A stretch of 64,000 nt of DNA from Schmidtea polychroa (Eukaryota): NCBI GenBank assembly GCA_044892525.1, contig CM097885.1, forward strand, positions 31,064,001 through 31,128,000, given 5' to 3'. The position numbers were made by a program, and so were the translations under genes. Under the pieces are notes generated by a model. That model worked only from the letters and a program-made list of their open reading frames with translations, searched no databases and was not told the origin of the DNA. This document shows positions 25,722 to 38,645 of the stretch, piece by piece. Each line of letters starts with the position of its first letter. The first letter of the stretch is position 1.

Positions 25722-28700
25722 TCAGTAGAAAGAAGCGAAATGAAGACATGATGCAGAAGATGTATGAAACGACAGACAGAAGAAAGTGGAGTAAGGATGT
25801 AATAAACATGACGGCGATTGACATGTTTTGGGACTCTGGAGCGTCAGTATCAGTTATGAGTGAAAAAAGTTGGACAAAGATCGGGAAACCGAGGTTGAAG
25901 CAAAGCACAATTTCTCTTTGTGGAGTTTTTTCGACGGGAATGGAAAGACCGTTAGGAGCAATGACGATAGAAGCTGATTGGAATGGGAAAAAAAGAATTA
26001 TTAATGTTATAGTTGTCAAAGATATACGTCCAGATTTCATTGGGGGTGTAGATACAATGGAGAGATTTGGTATTCGACTGGTAGAGGTGGAAAATATTGA
26101 AGCGTCACAAGTAGGGAGGACATATGTGGACTCACAACGAGTAGATAAAGCATTATTAATGCTTGGAGACAGGAAGAATGAACAGTTAGACATATTGCTA
26201 CGGAAGTTCAAAGGTATTTTTATGGCTTCAACGTTTGATCTCGGGTTTACGAAAGTTGTTCAACATGAAATGAATATAGTAGGTGGGCCTGTAATGTTAC
26301 AGCCAAGAAGACAACCAATGCATTTAGAACAAAAGCTTGACGAACTTGTCACAAACTTATTAGAAGCGAGAATTATTAGAAAATGCAAAAGTGCATGGAA
26401 CGCGCCACTAGTGATTGTGGCTAAGAAAGATGGATCAATAAGGATGTGTGTCGACTATAGAGGGTTGAATGCGATCACGGAAAAGATATCTTTTCCAATG
26501 CCAGATACACGATTTCTACTGGATTGTCTGGCAGATTCAAAATATTTCACATCCATCGATCTAGGTCAAGCATATTATCAAGTTGGAATGGCGAAGGAAA
26601 TTCAAGAGGTCACGGCTTTCAGTACAAGACAAGGACAGTTTTGTTTTAACCGACTTCCTTTTGGACTAGCAACCGCCCCTGCGACGTTTCAAAGAATGAT
26701 GCACTCAATGTTGGATGGAATATTATTTAATGGTGTTGTTGTCTACCTCGATGACATTCTTGTCTATGGAAAAGACAAAGAGGAACACAATAACCGATTA
26801 GAGGAAGTATTCAGAAGAATTCAACTAGCGGGGTTGAGAATTAACCCAGAAAAATGTAATCTGTATAAAGAAGAATTGACATTCCTAGGGCACACTGTAA
26901 GTGCAAGTGGGATAAAAACTAACGACAAGAAGATTAAAGAGATTCAAGATGCAGAAATACCAGTATGCGCCAAACAATTAAGATCCTTTTTAGGTATGAC
27001 CAATTACTATAGGAAGTTTATAAAAGACTATGCGAAAATTGCGGAACCTCTACATGCAGCTACGTCCGGCTGTGAGAAAAAGATTAATTGGTCAGAAGAT
27101 TGCAACAATAGTTTTGAATTACTTAAAACAAAGTTGTGTGAAGCTCCAATTCTAGATTACCCAAGAATGGATAGAAACTTTATTCTGGATACAGACGCTA
27201 GTTTTGGGGCCATCGGAGCAGTTTTTTGTCAAACTAAAGAATATGGTACTGAAGTGGTAATTGCATATGGGTCGAGACACTTGACCGCGCATGAAAAAGG
27301 TTATTGTGTGACTAGGAAGGAGTTACTTGAAATACACGAATATGTAATGTATTTTAAACAATATCTATACGGAAAGTCATTTGTAGTACGAACGGATCAC
27401 AAGGCGTTGGTTTTCATGAGATACACAAAAAAACCGATAAGCCCGCAATTCCAAACCTGATTTCGATCTTCAATATAGGAAAGGAAAGGAACACGGAAAT
27501 GCGGACGGAATATCAAGGATTAAAGGGATGTTATGTGCACAATGCCAGACTAGACATGAAGACGCAAAAGAAGAAAAAGCCAGAGTAAGACATATCAGCT
27601 TATTACAGAAGACTGAGTCGATGACAAAACTCTTAGAAAAGCAACAAGAGGATGTAGATTTCATTCACATGACAAGAGTGTTACAGGGAGAAGAGAAAAA
27701 AGATGACTTGAATAAAAAGAAATTTCCTTTCAATTTGCATAACAACATAAAATTAGAAGATGGGTTTTTATTATTATAGAAGAATGGTAAAGATGTCATC
27801 CTGGTGCCGATAGACTACTCAAATACGTTAGTTAAAGGAATACATACTGAAATGTGTCACATTGGAGTAAAGAAATTAATTAGCTATATGAGCAACATAT
27901 TTTTTTGGCCAAACATGCAAGAAACTATACAAAACTGTTTGAGAGTATGTGAGATATGCTGCAGAAGGAAGATAGTGCAGGAGAAGACAAAGGAACGATT
28001 GTTGCCGATAATAAGTTCAGAATTTTTAGAACAGTTGGTCATTGATATAGCACACATGAAGAATGGTGGAGTGTACAAGTTATGCTAGTTATCATTGATC
28101 GTTTTAGCAAAATGGTCAGTCTGACCGCACTGGAGAGACAAGACGAGAGATCGATTTTCAAAGCCATATTGGAGAAGTGGATATGCCGTTTCGGAAAACC
28201 GCGAAATTGTCTGTCAGACAGAGGGAAGAACTTCGATAGTGGTTTTATGAAAACAAATCTAGGAAGACTGGGTATTACGCAACAGTTCAGTTCACCATAT
28301 CAGCATCAATCTAACGGTTTAGTTGAGAGAACAATACGGACAGTCAGAGACTTGCTGGCAACATCATTAGCAGGTGGACTAGGAGAGCGAAATTGGGCGG
28401 AGTTACTTCCTTGAGTAGAATTTTGTATCAACGTGACACAACATAGCGCGACGGGATTTTCTCCATTTGAAATTGTTTTTGGGAGGAAGATTAACCTTCA
28501 TTCAACATTGCCTCAGACGACATTGGATACAATTGAGATACATAGATTGGTAAGAGAGAACAGTGAGAAAGCAGCTAAACGAATGAAAGAGATGGAAACA
28601 GAGAAGAGAACGAATCGATGTTTCACGGTGGGGCAGAAAGTATTAGTTCGGAAAGAACCACAAAATCGCGACAAAGATGGACTACAGTATGAAGGTCCTT

Positions 28701-28804
28701 TTGTCATATCAAAGTTTTTGTCAGAACGCCAGGTGGAATTGAGTGACGGGACGACAAAGAAACTCAGACGAATTGAATGGCTTAAGAGATGGGCAGTTCC
28801 TTAA
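25667..28804 (+). pseudogene. pol: pol (protease, RT, RNase H, integrase), disrupted after RNase H
   Basis: FWDSGAS, YLDD, DTDAS, HTEMCH..CEIC, SDRG, SPYQHQSNGLVER and YEGPF motifs. Stops or frameshifts at ~27460, 27779, ~28080 and 28414. Confidence 0.93.
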
Positions 28805-28814
28805 AGAAGGGGAG

Positions 28815-28925
28815 AGTTATGGAAAGTTGTTTGTTTTAATAATATTCGATTTAGCGTTTTTTGAAAAATATATTTTAATTGCATTTATTGATTTTATGAA
28901 TTTAGAAGTTGAAGACATCATAACT
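28815..28925 (+). repeat. 3' LTR
   Basis: Identical to the 5' LTR and preceded by the PPT. Confidence 0.95.
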
Positions 28926-29910
28926 ACTGTTGGGTGAAAACTGATTTTGACCAAAAGTAAACGTGAATTTTATCCAAAATGCGTTAAAAACAACATGCAA
29001 ACATAAACTAAGGCCGATTTAAATTTAAACACGTGGAGAAAAATCAAGTAAACAGGGGAAAATAAACAAACAATATCAAAATCGAAAGACACAAAAATTA
29101 AAATAATTAACAATTCGAAAAAAGTATAGCACGAAATAAACATAAATAAACAAGTAATGCAAATTCAAATTTATGGAGATGTGTAAAAATAGGAATTAGG
29201 AATAAAATATTTAATAAAAAATTTGCAGAAAATATATTAAATAAGCAAAAGAAATAAAAATTATACGAAAAAAACAAAAAAATAATAGAAATTTTTTTTT
29301 AAATCCGAAGTCAATAATGGAGTAACAATTTATAAAACATTAAATAAAATAATATAAAAATTTCGAAATAAAAAAAATCGCTAACAAAAATGAAAAAAAT
29401 CAAATCAAAAAGATTGATTAAAACGGATTTGATTTTGTTTTAATTTACTAATGCATACACACCAACTGAGAAGCACAACACAGCCTTTACATATAAACAC
29501 ATTTTTGACACAATTTAATCATTTTTATACATTTTCAATCTTTATGCTAAATTGTCCAGGAAGTGTTTTGTTAGTTTAAAGTAATCATATGTAATGTTAT
29601 ATGTCATAAATTACTGCTTTTTAAAATTATTTTGTAGTAGGCGGTGCTTTGTTATAACAACGAGAGAGAAGCAATGAAAATAAATTTAGTGAAATTTAGT
29701 GAATTTTGATTAGTTAGTATTTTTGTTTGTACAATATTGCGGTCGTTTGTATATTTTAGTATAGTTTTCTATTCGTGTTTTTTGAAAAATTTGGTAAGAA
29801 GATTTTTTATGAAGCATTTTAAAATTTTAAATTAATTAAAATTAAATTTATGTCTTTTTATTATTTTGTTTAAATTTCAGTAATATAAGTTATTCAAATT
29901 TATTATTACA

Positions 29911-30619
29911 ATGACCTCAGAAAACATCAAAAAACGAAAATAGAACTTTTCAAGAAGAATGGACAGAAAAGTTTTTTTTTTATTGACAATAATGGTAAAT
30001 CGTTGTGTCTTATTTGTAAAGTTACAATTTCCAACTACAATTTATTTGTGATATTATTGAAGATGGATTTCCAATTTCTGAAGTAATACTTGTTAAAAAA
30101 GCGGTTGGGGAATTGGAGTTATTAGATATGAAAAGGACCAGGCTTTGCAAATGCACCATAAAGTTACTTCTATAATTGAATTTTGGAAACTCGTACCAGA
30201 GGCAAAATATCCACACTTAAAACAAGCTGCTTGCCGTCTAATTTCAATTTTTGGTACAACATATTGTTGTGAATCTTTGTACTCCACAATGAAGTTCGTG
30301 AAGTCGAAATATCGTTCACAGATGACCAATCAGCATCTTACAGAATTGCTGCGAACAGCTTTAACAAAGTATACACCAAATTTCAAAGATTTGACCAAAG
30401 TCTTCGTTAATTCAAGAAATTTTAATACTTTTTATTAATGGATTTTTATTATATTTTATGTTTGTTACTTAAATTTTGAAATAATTGTTTTTAATAGCGT
30501 TTAAGTCTTTTTTAATCAAATTAATGAAATAAAAAAAAATATGTAGTTCACTATGGTGGCTCTTTAAAAAATAAATTTTCGGAAAATGTCTCTCATTGAA
30601 CTCATGCGTGCCCACCCAT
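29911..30619 (+). mobile_element. Internally deleted hAT element (SPIN/GTF2IRD2-like)
   Basis: N-terminal FQEEWTEKFFF..NNGKSLCLICK joined almost directly to C-terminal FWKLVPEAKYP...FGTTYCCESLYSTMK. TIR-like GTGCCCACCC near 30608-30617. Confidence 0.75.
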
Positions 30620-31429
30620 ATAATATATGAAATGATTAAAATTTTTCCTGAATTTGGAAATTTCGTAGTGTTGAGATATTAAAAATAGATCCTATAAATT
30701 GGGACTCAGATCATTATTATTTTTCCTCGAATTATAATTTGGTCAATGCTTTCCTGTAAACAAACTCGTGTTGGGCTAGAACTGGTTTCTAGACCAACAA
30801 GTTAGAATAGCGATGAAATGTGTCTGTACATAACACGCATACCCAGCATTAAATTTACTTAAATTAGAACACGTAAAGAAAGTTTTATCAAAATTTTTTT
30901 TTTAACATTCGAACAAAATTCCAGAACATTTCATAAAAAATCGCGAAATTCATCATGGCCGCCAAGCGACCCACTAAGATTTACAAAAATAAAATCTTTA
31001 GTTAAAAATACAAAATTTTTGAAAAAATTCATAAAAGCAAAAAAAAATAAGAAATAGATTAAATTTAACATGGAATATTCTGGAAATGCTTATATCCATC
31101 ATGGTAGTAAATTTAATAAAAAATAAAAATAAAATAAAAATAAAATAAAATAAAATAAAATTGAATTTATTTTACTACACTAATGCATACACACAAACTC
31201 GCACACAAAAATAGGGTATATATACCGATGCATTTTAGTCACAACTCATTCTTTATGCCAAATTTTTACTTTTTGGTTTGACACTAGAAATTGAAATCGA
31301 AAGTAAAGATGTCTGATTATTTTATATCATTTTGTTCGATTATTAGTTACATTGATACTTTATAATAGAAATTCATTTTGTGTTATTCTCTTTTATTTTT
31401 GGATTTTATAAGAATGACTAGGATCTCCA

Positions 31430-31700
31430 AAAAGTTCGTTACATGAGACCGAGCCAGTCCTGTAACTTATTAATCCACCATCGTTTTTGGGTCAGCGATT
31501 GCAGGTCTATGACCTGGCAAGCAATCAAAATTATTCAACTACTTTCCCAGGAGTTCTACTTACTTCATAGTTCTCTCTATAGAGTTAGCAGGGTCATCTC
31601 CTCTGTGGTGGCTGGCATAGTCATTCCAACTATGCGGGCTAGCAAATTATTTTATGTAAAAGCTTCGTCATTATGACGCTTTTGGTTGTAATGTCACTCG
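31430..31700 (-). mobile_element. Possible RTE-type LINE 3' fragment
   Basis: Broken-frame remnants (SIERTM..., PK..WWINKLQDW) resemble the RTE ORF2 C-terminus. Very degraded. Confidence 0.3.
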
Positions 31701-32469
31701 TCACATAACAAGAGGGTCCATCGTAATGAGTCCGGTCTTGAAAGTGGATAAATTTTAATCAATGCAACTTTTTCACATTAAACGACACATATTTAACTCC
31801 GACATCTAAATATCCACAAACATAGCAATAGGAGTTTACTATCTTAAGTCGAATCGGCTGCAGGAGGTAAATAAATAACATATATAGACTTAATTTCATC
31901 ACAATATCATATAGCATAATGTAGTCGTCTAGTACTAAATCATCTATCTATGAATTAATGTATATTGAACTAAATTCGAAAGTATTAATAAATCTAAATC
32001 ACAGGAAGACCATTCCCCATTTTTTTATAATGACAAACTTAGTAGTTTCAAAACTGACAACCACCAATACCTAATCAGCGTTATTATTATGTTTTCTTTG
32101 CGTATCTCTAAATGATCTTAAATAAAAATTTCTTATCGATATAGATTTTATTATAGGTACCAACCCTTTGATCATCTATCTGGAAGGTTGATTATACTAG
32201 GAAAACAATCTTATTCCTAGTATCTACAAAATGTATTTCTCGGTAATGTGCAAAATTCTTAGTCGTAGTATAATTATTTTTTTAGGTTGATTATGACTTG
32301 CAAAATAAGTTTTAGCATTATATTTATAAAGTGTACTTACTGACAATATGAAAGATCCCTGGTATTTATAAATTGCATTAATTGCAGGATTATCGTCCCA
32401 TCCTTAGATCCATAAATTATGGTATGAAAATAACAACTTTGTTTATAAATTTTATTACTCATTAAATGA

Positions 32470-34540
32470 CAAATTATTTAATTTTTATTAATTTTAATAA
32501 TTTAATTTTATAAATTTTGTAGTTTAAATAATTTTTAACTAATTTTCTTTTAAATTTTATTATTTTATCCATAGAAATTTTTAATATTCATTTTAAATTT
32601 ATTTATTTCCTTATTTTATTTCATTTAATTTTATAAATAAAATTTTCCTGTTCCTTTTCTTAAATTATGCACTTATTGCCATAGCTCCTCCGTGTGTAAA
32701 TATGAGCCATAACATCCCTAATTAATTCGATTATGGTCTTTCGTGTGTAAATACGACCAATAATCCTTCTTAAAATTTCTTATCATATTATTAATTTATT
32801 TATTATCAATTATTTTATTTATAATTAAATAAACACGGTAAAGATGTTATTAATAAAAATCGCCATTCATACATCTTTTTCACTATATATTTCCATAGCA
32901 TTATCATCCTTTTTTATTTATGCATTATTGATAAGAACTTTTAATCCTAAAATCAATGTGCAGAATGCAGTGAATACGTGTCTGTTGAATGTTTTTAATA
33001 AAGTTTGGTATGTTGATGTATATTGAATAATAGTTATGTTAAATAATTAAAAAAATAATTAAAATAAATTTAAATGAAATTTAGGTGAATAATTTAAATA
33101 AAAAGTAAGTGAAGAAAAAAGACAAATAAAAGCGTGATCATGCACAGAATTGATAGTAAAGGAAAGTACGATGGAAGCAGTATTAGGAAATGGGAAAAGC
33201 AGTTACGAAAGGCAAGAATCCGGAAATCCGAAAAAACTCAATAAATTGTAAAATCATCGAAATCGAATTTGGAAAACGGGGCAGGTATAGATTAGTTAAT
33301 GGTCAACAAGATAATGATTAGGGATTTATCAGAAAATGGTTAATTAATTGGCTAATAGAAAACCCGAGGTAATGGGAAACCCGAGCCAATGGAGAACCTG
33401 AGAGATAAAGGAAACCCGAGCTGGGTAAACAAGAAGAAAAGTAAACAGAAGGAAGATTTGGGCCCATTAGCTTGACACAATGATTAATTGGAAAAGAGCA
33501 AGGAGAAGATCGAGCGTGTAGAAAGGCTGGACGGGCCATTAATTATCTTTGTTCGTTGGACCATTATGGGTGACAGCCGAAGCAGATACGTGGAAGCAAA
33601 TGTCAAGTGAAAGATTGGCTCGGCACTAACCATTTGAATTCCCGAATTCGAAGAGTATATAAGGAAGTGGAAAATCAGAGCAAATCGGCATTTTGCCTCA
33701 GGTAGGGTAAGAAGAACTCGAGCTTAGGAAAAGGCAAAAACGAATTTAGGAGATTAGGGAAAAAGAAGAGATAGAATAAGAATAAAAAGAGTGTCAAAGG
33801 ATCAAATCAAAGAAAATAAAGGAAAACGTTGGTCAAGAGAACCGAAGGGAATAAAAGGTGAATATTATCTTTATCAAAGCAGCAACACCGAGCGGAGAAT
33901 CGGTCAAATGTAACTTTGATTATTGATTCTAAAGTGGTGAGAAAAGATTGTGAATTAAGTTATTTCAATATACATTGGGTCGTTATTGTTTTGATTTAAA
34001 GGGCACGAGGAGTCAGAGGTAACCGACTTAAATTAATCAAAAACCCAACAGACTATATAAATTGTTTATATATTATCAATATAGTATAGTTATTCATCAA
34101 GAGTGAATGTAGGTAGCCTGATGATGATAGTGATGCTATGGAAATATATAGTGAAAAAGATGTATGAATGGCGATTTTTATTAATAACATCTTTACCGTG
34201 TTTATTTAAGTATAAATAAAATAATTGATAATAAATAAATTAATAATATGAAAAGAAATTTTAAGAAGGATTATTGGTCGTATTTACACACGAAAGACCA
34301 TAATCGAATTAATTAGGGATGTTATGGCTCATATTTACACATGGAGGAGCTATGGCAATAAGCGCATAATTTAAGAAAAGGAACAGGAAAATTTTATTTA
34401 TAAAATTAAATGAAATAAAATAAGGAAATAAATAAATTTAAAATGAATATTAAAAATTTCTATGGATAAAATAATAAAATTTAAAAGAAAATTAGTTAAA
34501 AATTATTTAAACTATAAAATTTATAAAATTAAATAATTTG
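32470..34540. mobile_element. Foldback-type element with ~410-430 bp near-perfect inverted arms (32470-32908 / 34122-34540)
   Basis: Arms align as reverse complements with only a handful of differences. Possible degenerate 9-bp TSD ATTAAATGA/ATTAATTAA (weak in AT-rich context). Confidence 0.8.
33017..33974 (+). mobile_element. Probable solo LTR, 958 bp
   Basis: TG...CA ends with 11-bp inverted repeat TGTATATTGAA/TTCAATATACA, three AAACCCGAG repeats, CCAAT, TATATAAG (33656) and downstream AATAAA. Flanks TTGA/TTGG (4-bp TSD with one mismatch). Confidence 0.65.
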
Positions 34541-35859
34541 ATTAATTAAATTAAATTAAACTAAATTAAGAAATTGCACACAATCATATATGTGTGTATA
34601 ACGTAATTCAACTGTACGGCATTCTGATTGGATATAGTGGCAGCGAATGCATGGATGCACAATATAAATACTGATTAAAAATTCAGTTAAACAACACAAT
34701 TTTAGACAGTGAAAACGATTTTTTTGACATTTAACGTTAATACAAAATTTGCCATTAGCTCTTAATTTTCGGTTTATGCCATTGTCGTAAGCTTGAATTA
34801 GATTGGTAATTTATTGTAATATGTAATTTTTCCGTAATGTCTTAAATTAATAAATCTTTATATATAATTTGGTTTTAGTTAATTTTTTCTTTTGTTCCTT
34901 TTTGTCGTTTACTTCTTGTTTGAATATTTATGTTTTGAGACAGTGGAGTTGAAATCCAGTATACCATGGTTTGAGGAGCCTTCGGATGCTCAGATTGGGG
35001 GGTATACTGGTATCTTCAATCACTCAGCTGATTCGGGCCGTAATGTGGAGGCTGCTCCACGGGTCAGTCGCTGTAAGTATTTTTAGTTGGACATAGGTTA
35101 GAATTAGAAATATAGGCAATCCCTGCTCAATTTTTTGAAGAATAAGTTGAATATTCACGAGTATTGTAGAAGGTATACAATGACATTTATTAACTGGAAA
35201 ATAAGGGCGGATCCCTGCGCAAAACTTTGAAGATTACATTAGAAAACATCCAGAAATGAGGACACAGTTAAATGAAGACAAGACAATAATCTAACAATAG
35301 AGGAGTAGTTTTAGCAATAGAGCTCACCTGCTCATGGATTTTCAGCCATTGTGTACAGCACCAACATGGTCTTCACCATGGGTACACAGATGATATAAAT
35401 ACAACAGTCATGAAGGCGTTTAGGAAGGAGTCGATTCGAAATCCAGAAATACCCTTACTACATTTAAATATAACACACCCCTAAGTGACGCCAACACAAG
35501 TAGAAATCCTTAACCCTCTTAAATCACCAATAGAAAATCAGAAAACAATTGATTTTTTTATTCTTTATTTTATTTATACACAAAAACATTAACGACTTAC
35601 CTCAACTATATAAAATATATATGCTGACTGCAACTTTTCTCGGTTGACAAGAAATAGTTGCAAAAATCTTAAGTGAATATATTCGGTTGTAATTATATGT
35701 GAAATCAAAATTCAATCATGGACATATTAACTGGGATGAGTTGAAAAACATAGGTTTCTTGTAGTCGAGTTAACTACAAAATAATTAAAAGATTAAACAT
35801 TAAATTAATTTAAAATATTAAAATAAAAATCAATTTTTCAAAAATATTCAATAATTTTC

Positions 35860-36426
35860 ATGACTAAGCATAAAAAATCAGTAAAATCTGAATACATTCA
35901 TCACAATAATAATCACTTTGAAGGGCAAATTTCACCCACCCATCTAGATCAGTTATCAATAACGTCCGGTTCCATAAGAAATGAAAATAAAGATACGGAC
36001 TATAGATATCTCAATGCAAATCCAAATCTCACATCCATACCCGGAAACATATATGTTATGAAACCTCAGACAGCTACGGTAAAGGAGAAGTTTGAATCTA
36101 TATCATCAGTCGAATATCAGTCTCACGAATCAATGGTAACGGTCCGTCGGAAATATAAATGGCTCTTTTTGAAATTGTCAGTTTTACTTATGATCATTCC
36201 TCCGTTGTATCCTGTAGGTTTGATATGTACAGTGTTCATGCTTCTCGCGTACACGGACTATTGTTCCAAGGATTATGAGACCCATGATAAAAGAGTCAAA
36301 TTCGTTAAGCACATGTTGTACATAACGACTTGTCTTATTCTAATCTGTATTATTTGTGCAATTGTTGTGCTATGTTTGATTTTAGGTCGAATTTATCCAT
36401 TTTCAATGATTGTAAAATGGAACTAA
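35860..36426 (+). CDS. Intronless membrane protein, CD225/dispanin (IFITM/PRRT-like) architecture, 188 aa
   Basis: ATG-to-stop ORF with a hydrophilic N-terminus, then WLFLKLSVLLMIIPPLYPVGLICTVF, a KDY-containing loop and a second hydrophobic helix. AATAAA at ~36500. Family call is by pattern only. Confidence 0.6.
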   Translation: MTKHKKSVKSEYIHHNNNHFEGQISPTHLDQLSITSGSIRNENKDTDYRYLNANPNLTSIPGNIYVMKPQTATVKEKFESISSVEYQSHESMVTVRRKYKWLFLKLSVLLMIIPPLYPVGLICTVFMLLAYTDYCSKDYETHDKRVKFVKHMLYITTCLILICIICAIVVLCLILGRIYPFSMIVKWN

Positions 36427-38106
36427 GAATAGAAACCTTAATCATTTTATCGAAATTATTAAATTAATGACAAATAGTTCTATTTTTAATTTCAAATTTA
36501 ATAAATTTCTTCATTATTAGAACTTTCTATACCAGGGTATTTTAACTTTTCTATCAACTTTTTGGGGAGAATCAAAACCAAAAAATAAACACTTTATATA
36601 CACAATTCAATCTCAAACATTTCTTCTGTCCATAATTACGCAAATCATTGGTCGCAAAACGCTTTACAATCATACCCGATTCAACCGTAATATATTTCGT
36701 ACTCAATTCAACAATACCAAGCTAGATCAAGTCAAATTAACGCGCTCGTACAAAAATCATCGAAACATTTTGTCACAAGAAAGACACGTGAACTCAAAAT
36801 GAAAATAACCGTTTATCAATAATAAGATTTTTGAAAAAATTTAGCAATTTTAAATCATTTTGAAATTTTTGAAAACCCTAAATATTTTTCAGAACTTCTC
36901 GCTGCACACGTGTTGCCCGACTCTAGTCTATATCACCCGCCACTCAATGCGTCAATTCCAAAAATTCATCATACTTTTGACCCTAAAATGACCTTATAAC
37001 GACCTCAATGATCTTAAATCAACCTTGACCATTGAATGACACTAAAACAATACTGACCTTAAATGATCTTCACCACTTATGTAATTATTGCGTTATTCAA
37101 GATGGGGGTAATGTGCGGTAGTGTGCTTATTATACAATACTCATTAAGGCAAAGAATTTCTACATCGTATTGTTAAATATCATGAAAATTATATAATTCT
37201 TCTACAATCGTTAGCGGTCGGTAAAATGGCTGAATAACAAATAAATACTGAAACACATTCAAAAACTTTTTATTTTGAAATTTTAAAATATTATTCTGAC
37301 ATTTTCCAAATTGAATTTACCAATTTCTCTTTCATTTACTATAAATCAAAGGTGTCAAACTGATTTTGCTTCATACGAAATAATATTTAATATATTTCTA
37401 ATATATTTATTAATTTTATTATATAATATTTAAAAAATAATTTATATTTAAAAATAATTTTAAAAATTTCATTTAAAAACAAAAAAAAATTTTTTTGGTA
37501 GCTTTTACTAAAGCAATGCCCATTATATTTATTTTCTTTATTCAAATTGACAGTTTACTAATAAACACCACAGTATACAATAGCAATAATATTATTGAAT
37601 GTTGTTTTAATTTCAATAATATAAACAATAAAAACAAACGATTAGAGCGTCTGCAACAAAATATGATAATCCGAAAATTCTATCTAAAAAGACAACCCAA
37701 TAAAATGATTTGATTTTGATCTACTCAATAAAAAAACATCTATCTATGATCTACTCTGAACAATTTATATAAATAAATCTCATTATATGTTTATAAAAAA
37801 ATTTCAAATACACAATTTACAGCAAATACCAAACGGCAGATAAAACAAAAAATAAAGTATTTTTTCATTTCAACCTTTTTTTTTATTATTTTCTTCACAT
37901 TCAAAACCAAAAAAAAACAACATGATTTGATTCAAACTTAACTTACGGAATTTTTTTTTCAAATCTAAAAACGCAAAAATATTTTTGTCATTTTTGAAAC
38001 CTAAAATCATGACCAATTCAAAATGAGGTATGCAAAAAAAAGCGAATCATATGTCGTTAATGGGATTTCGTTTTTTGTTTTATTTTTGTTTTAATCAACA
38101 ATACAA

Positions 38107-38645
38107 TTATTTATGGGTCCCGTAATATCCATAATTTGGATTGTATTTGGTATCATGGAATTTTTCATAAACTGGGACACTTTCTTTCACTGGTTTCGGT
38201 TTCGGTTTCGGTTTCGGTTTTGGTTTTGGTTTTGTTTGAATCGATTCGTCAATTTTGCTTTTGTCGATTATTTTCATTTTTTTCTTGAAATATTGTTCAC
38301 ATTTTCCGCGTTTTTCCCGTTTCTGGAATTTCTGCAACCGTCTTTCCCAGGAATTGTGCCATGGTAACATGACACTTCGACTATCGATATATAATTCTTT
38401 GTTTCTCAAATAAAGATGATATTTTGCTCGTGTCAGAATCAAATAACTTTGTCCAAGCTCAACCTTTGGACAATTACATCGGACATCTTCAGAATTTATC
38501 CAAGCTTGATACGTGTGCATTGTTGGGGTTTCTCTTGGTAAAAATTCCCAGACCTTTTTATCAACTCGCCATATTTCATCAATTTTCAATTCATATCTTA
38601 TCATATTGCCATGAATTTCTTTTGATAGAGCTGTAGCTCTAAATA
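38107..38645 (-). CDS. netrin: Netrin terminal exon: NTR/C345C domain plus basic KP-repeat tail
   Basis: Acceptor tttttag (38647-38646, phase 1). CNCPKVELGQSYLIL, VMLPWHNSWERRLQKFQKREKRGKC. Stop TAA at 38109-38107. Confidence 0.92.

Larger units (their letters stand above)
24397..28925 (+). mobile_element. Full-length Ty3/gypsy LTR retrotransposon, 4529 bp, coding-defective
   Basis: Two identical 111-bp LTRs, 5-bp TSD ACTGT (24392-24396, 28926-28930), PBS-like TGGCGAAATC overlapping the last LTR base, PPT AAAGAAGGGGAG, domain order gag-PR-RT-RH-IN. Confidence 0.96.

Noticed and set aside
34900..35520. GC-richer island upstream of the dispanin-like gene
   Set aside because: No open frame or motif I can recognise; likely an old TE fragment.
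36900..36930. Helitron-like 3' end (short palindrome then CTAGT)
   Set aside because: Hairpin is weak and no 5' end or Rep/Hel sequence is linked.
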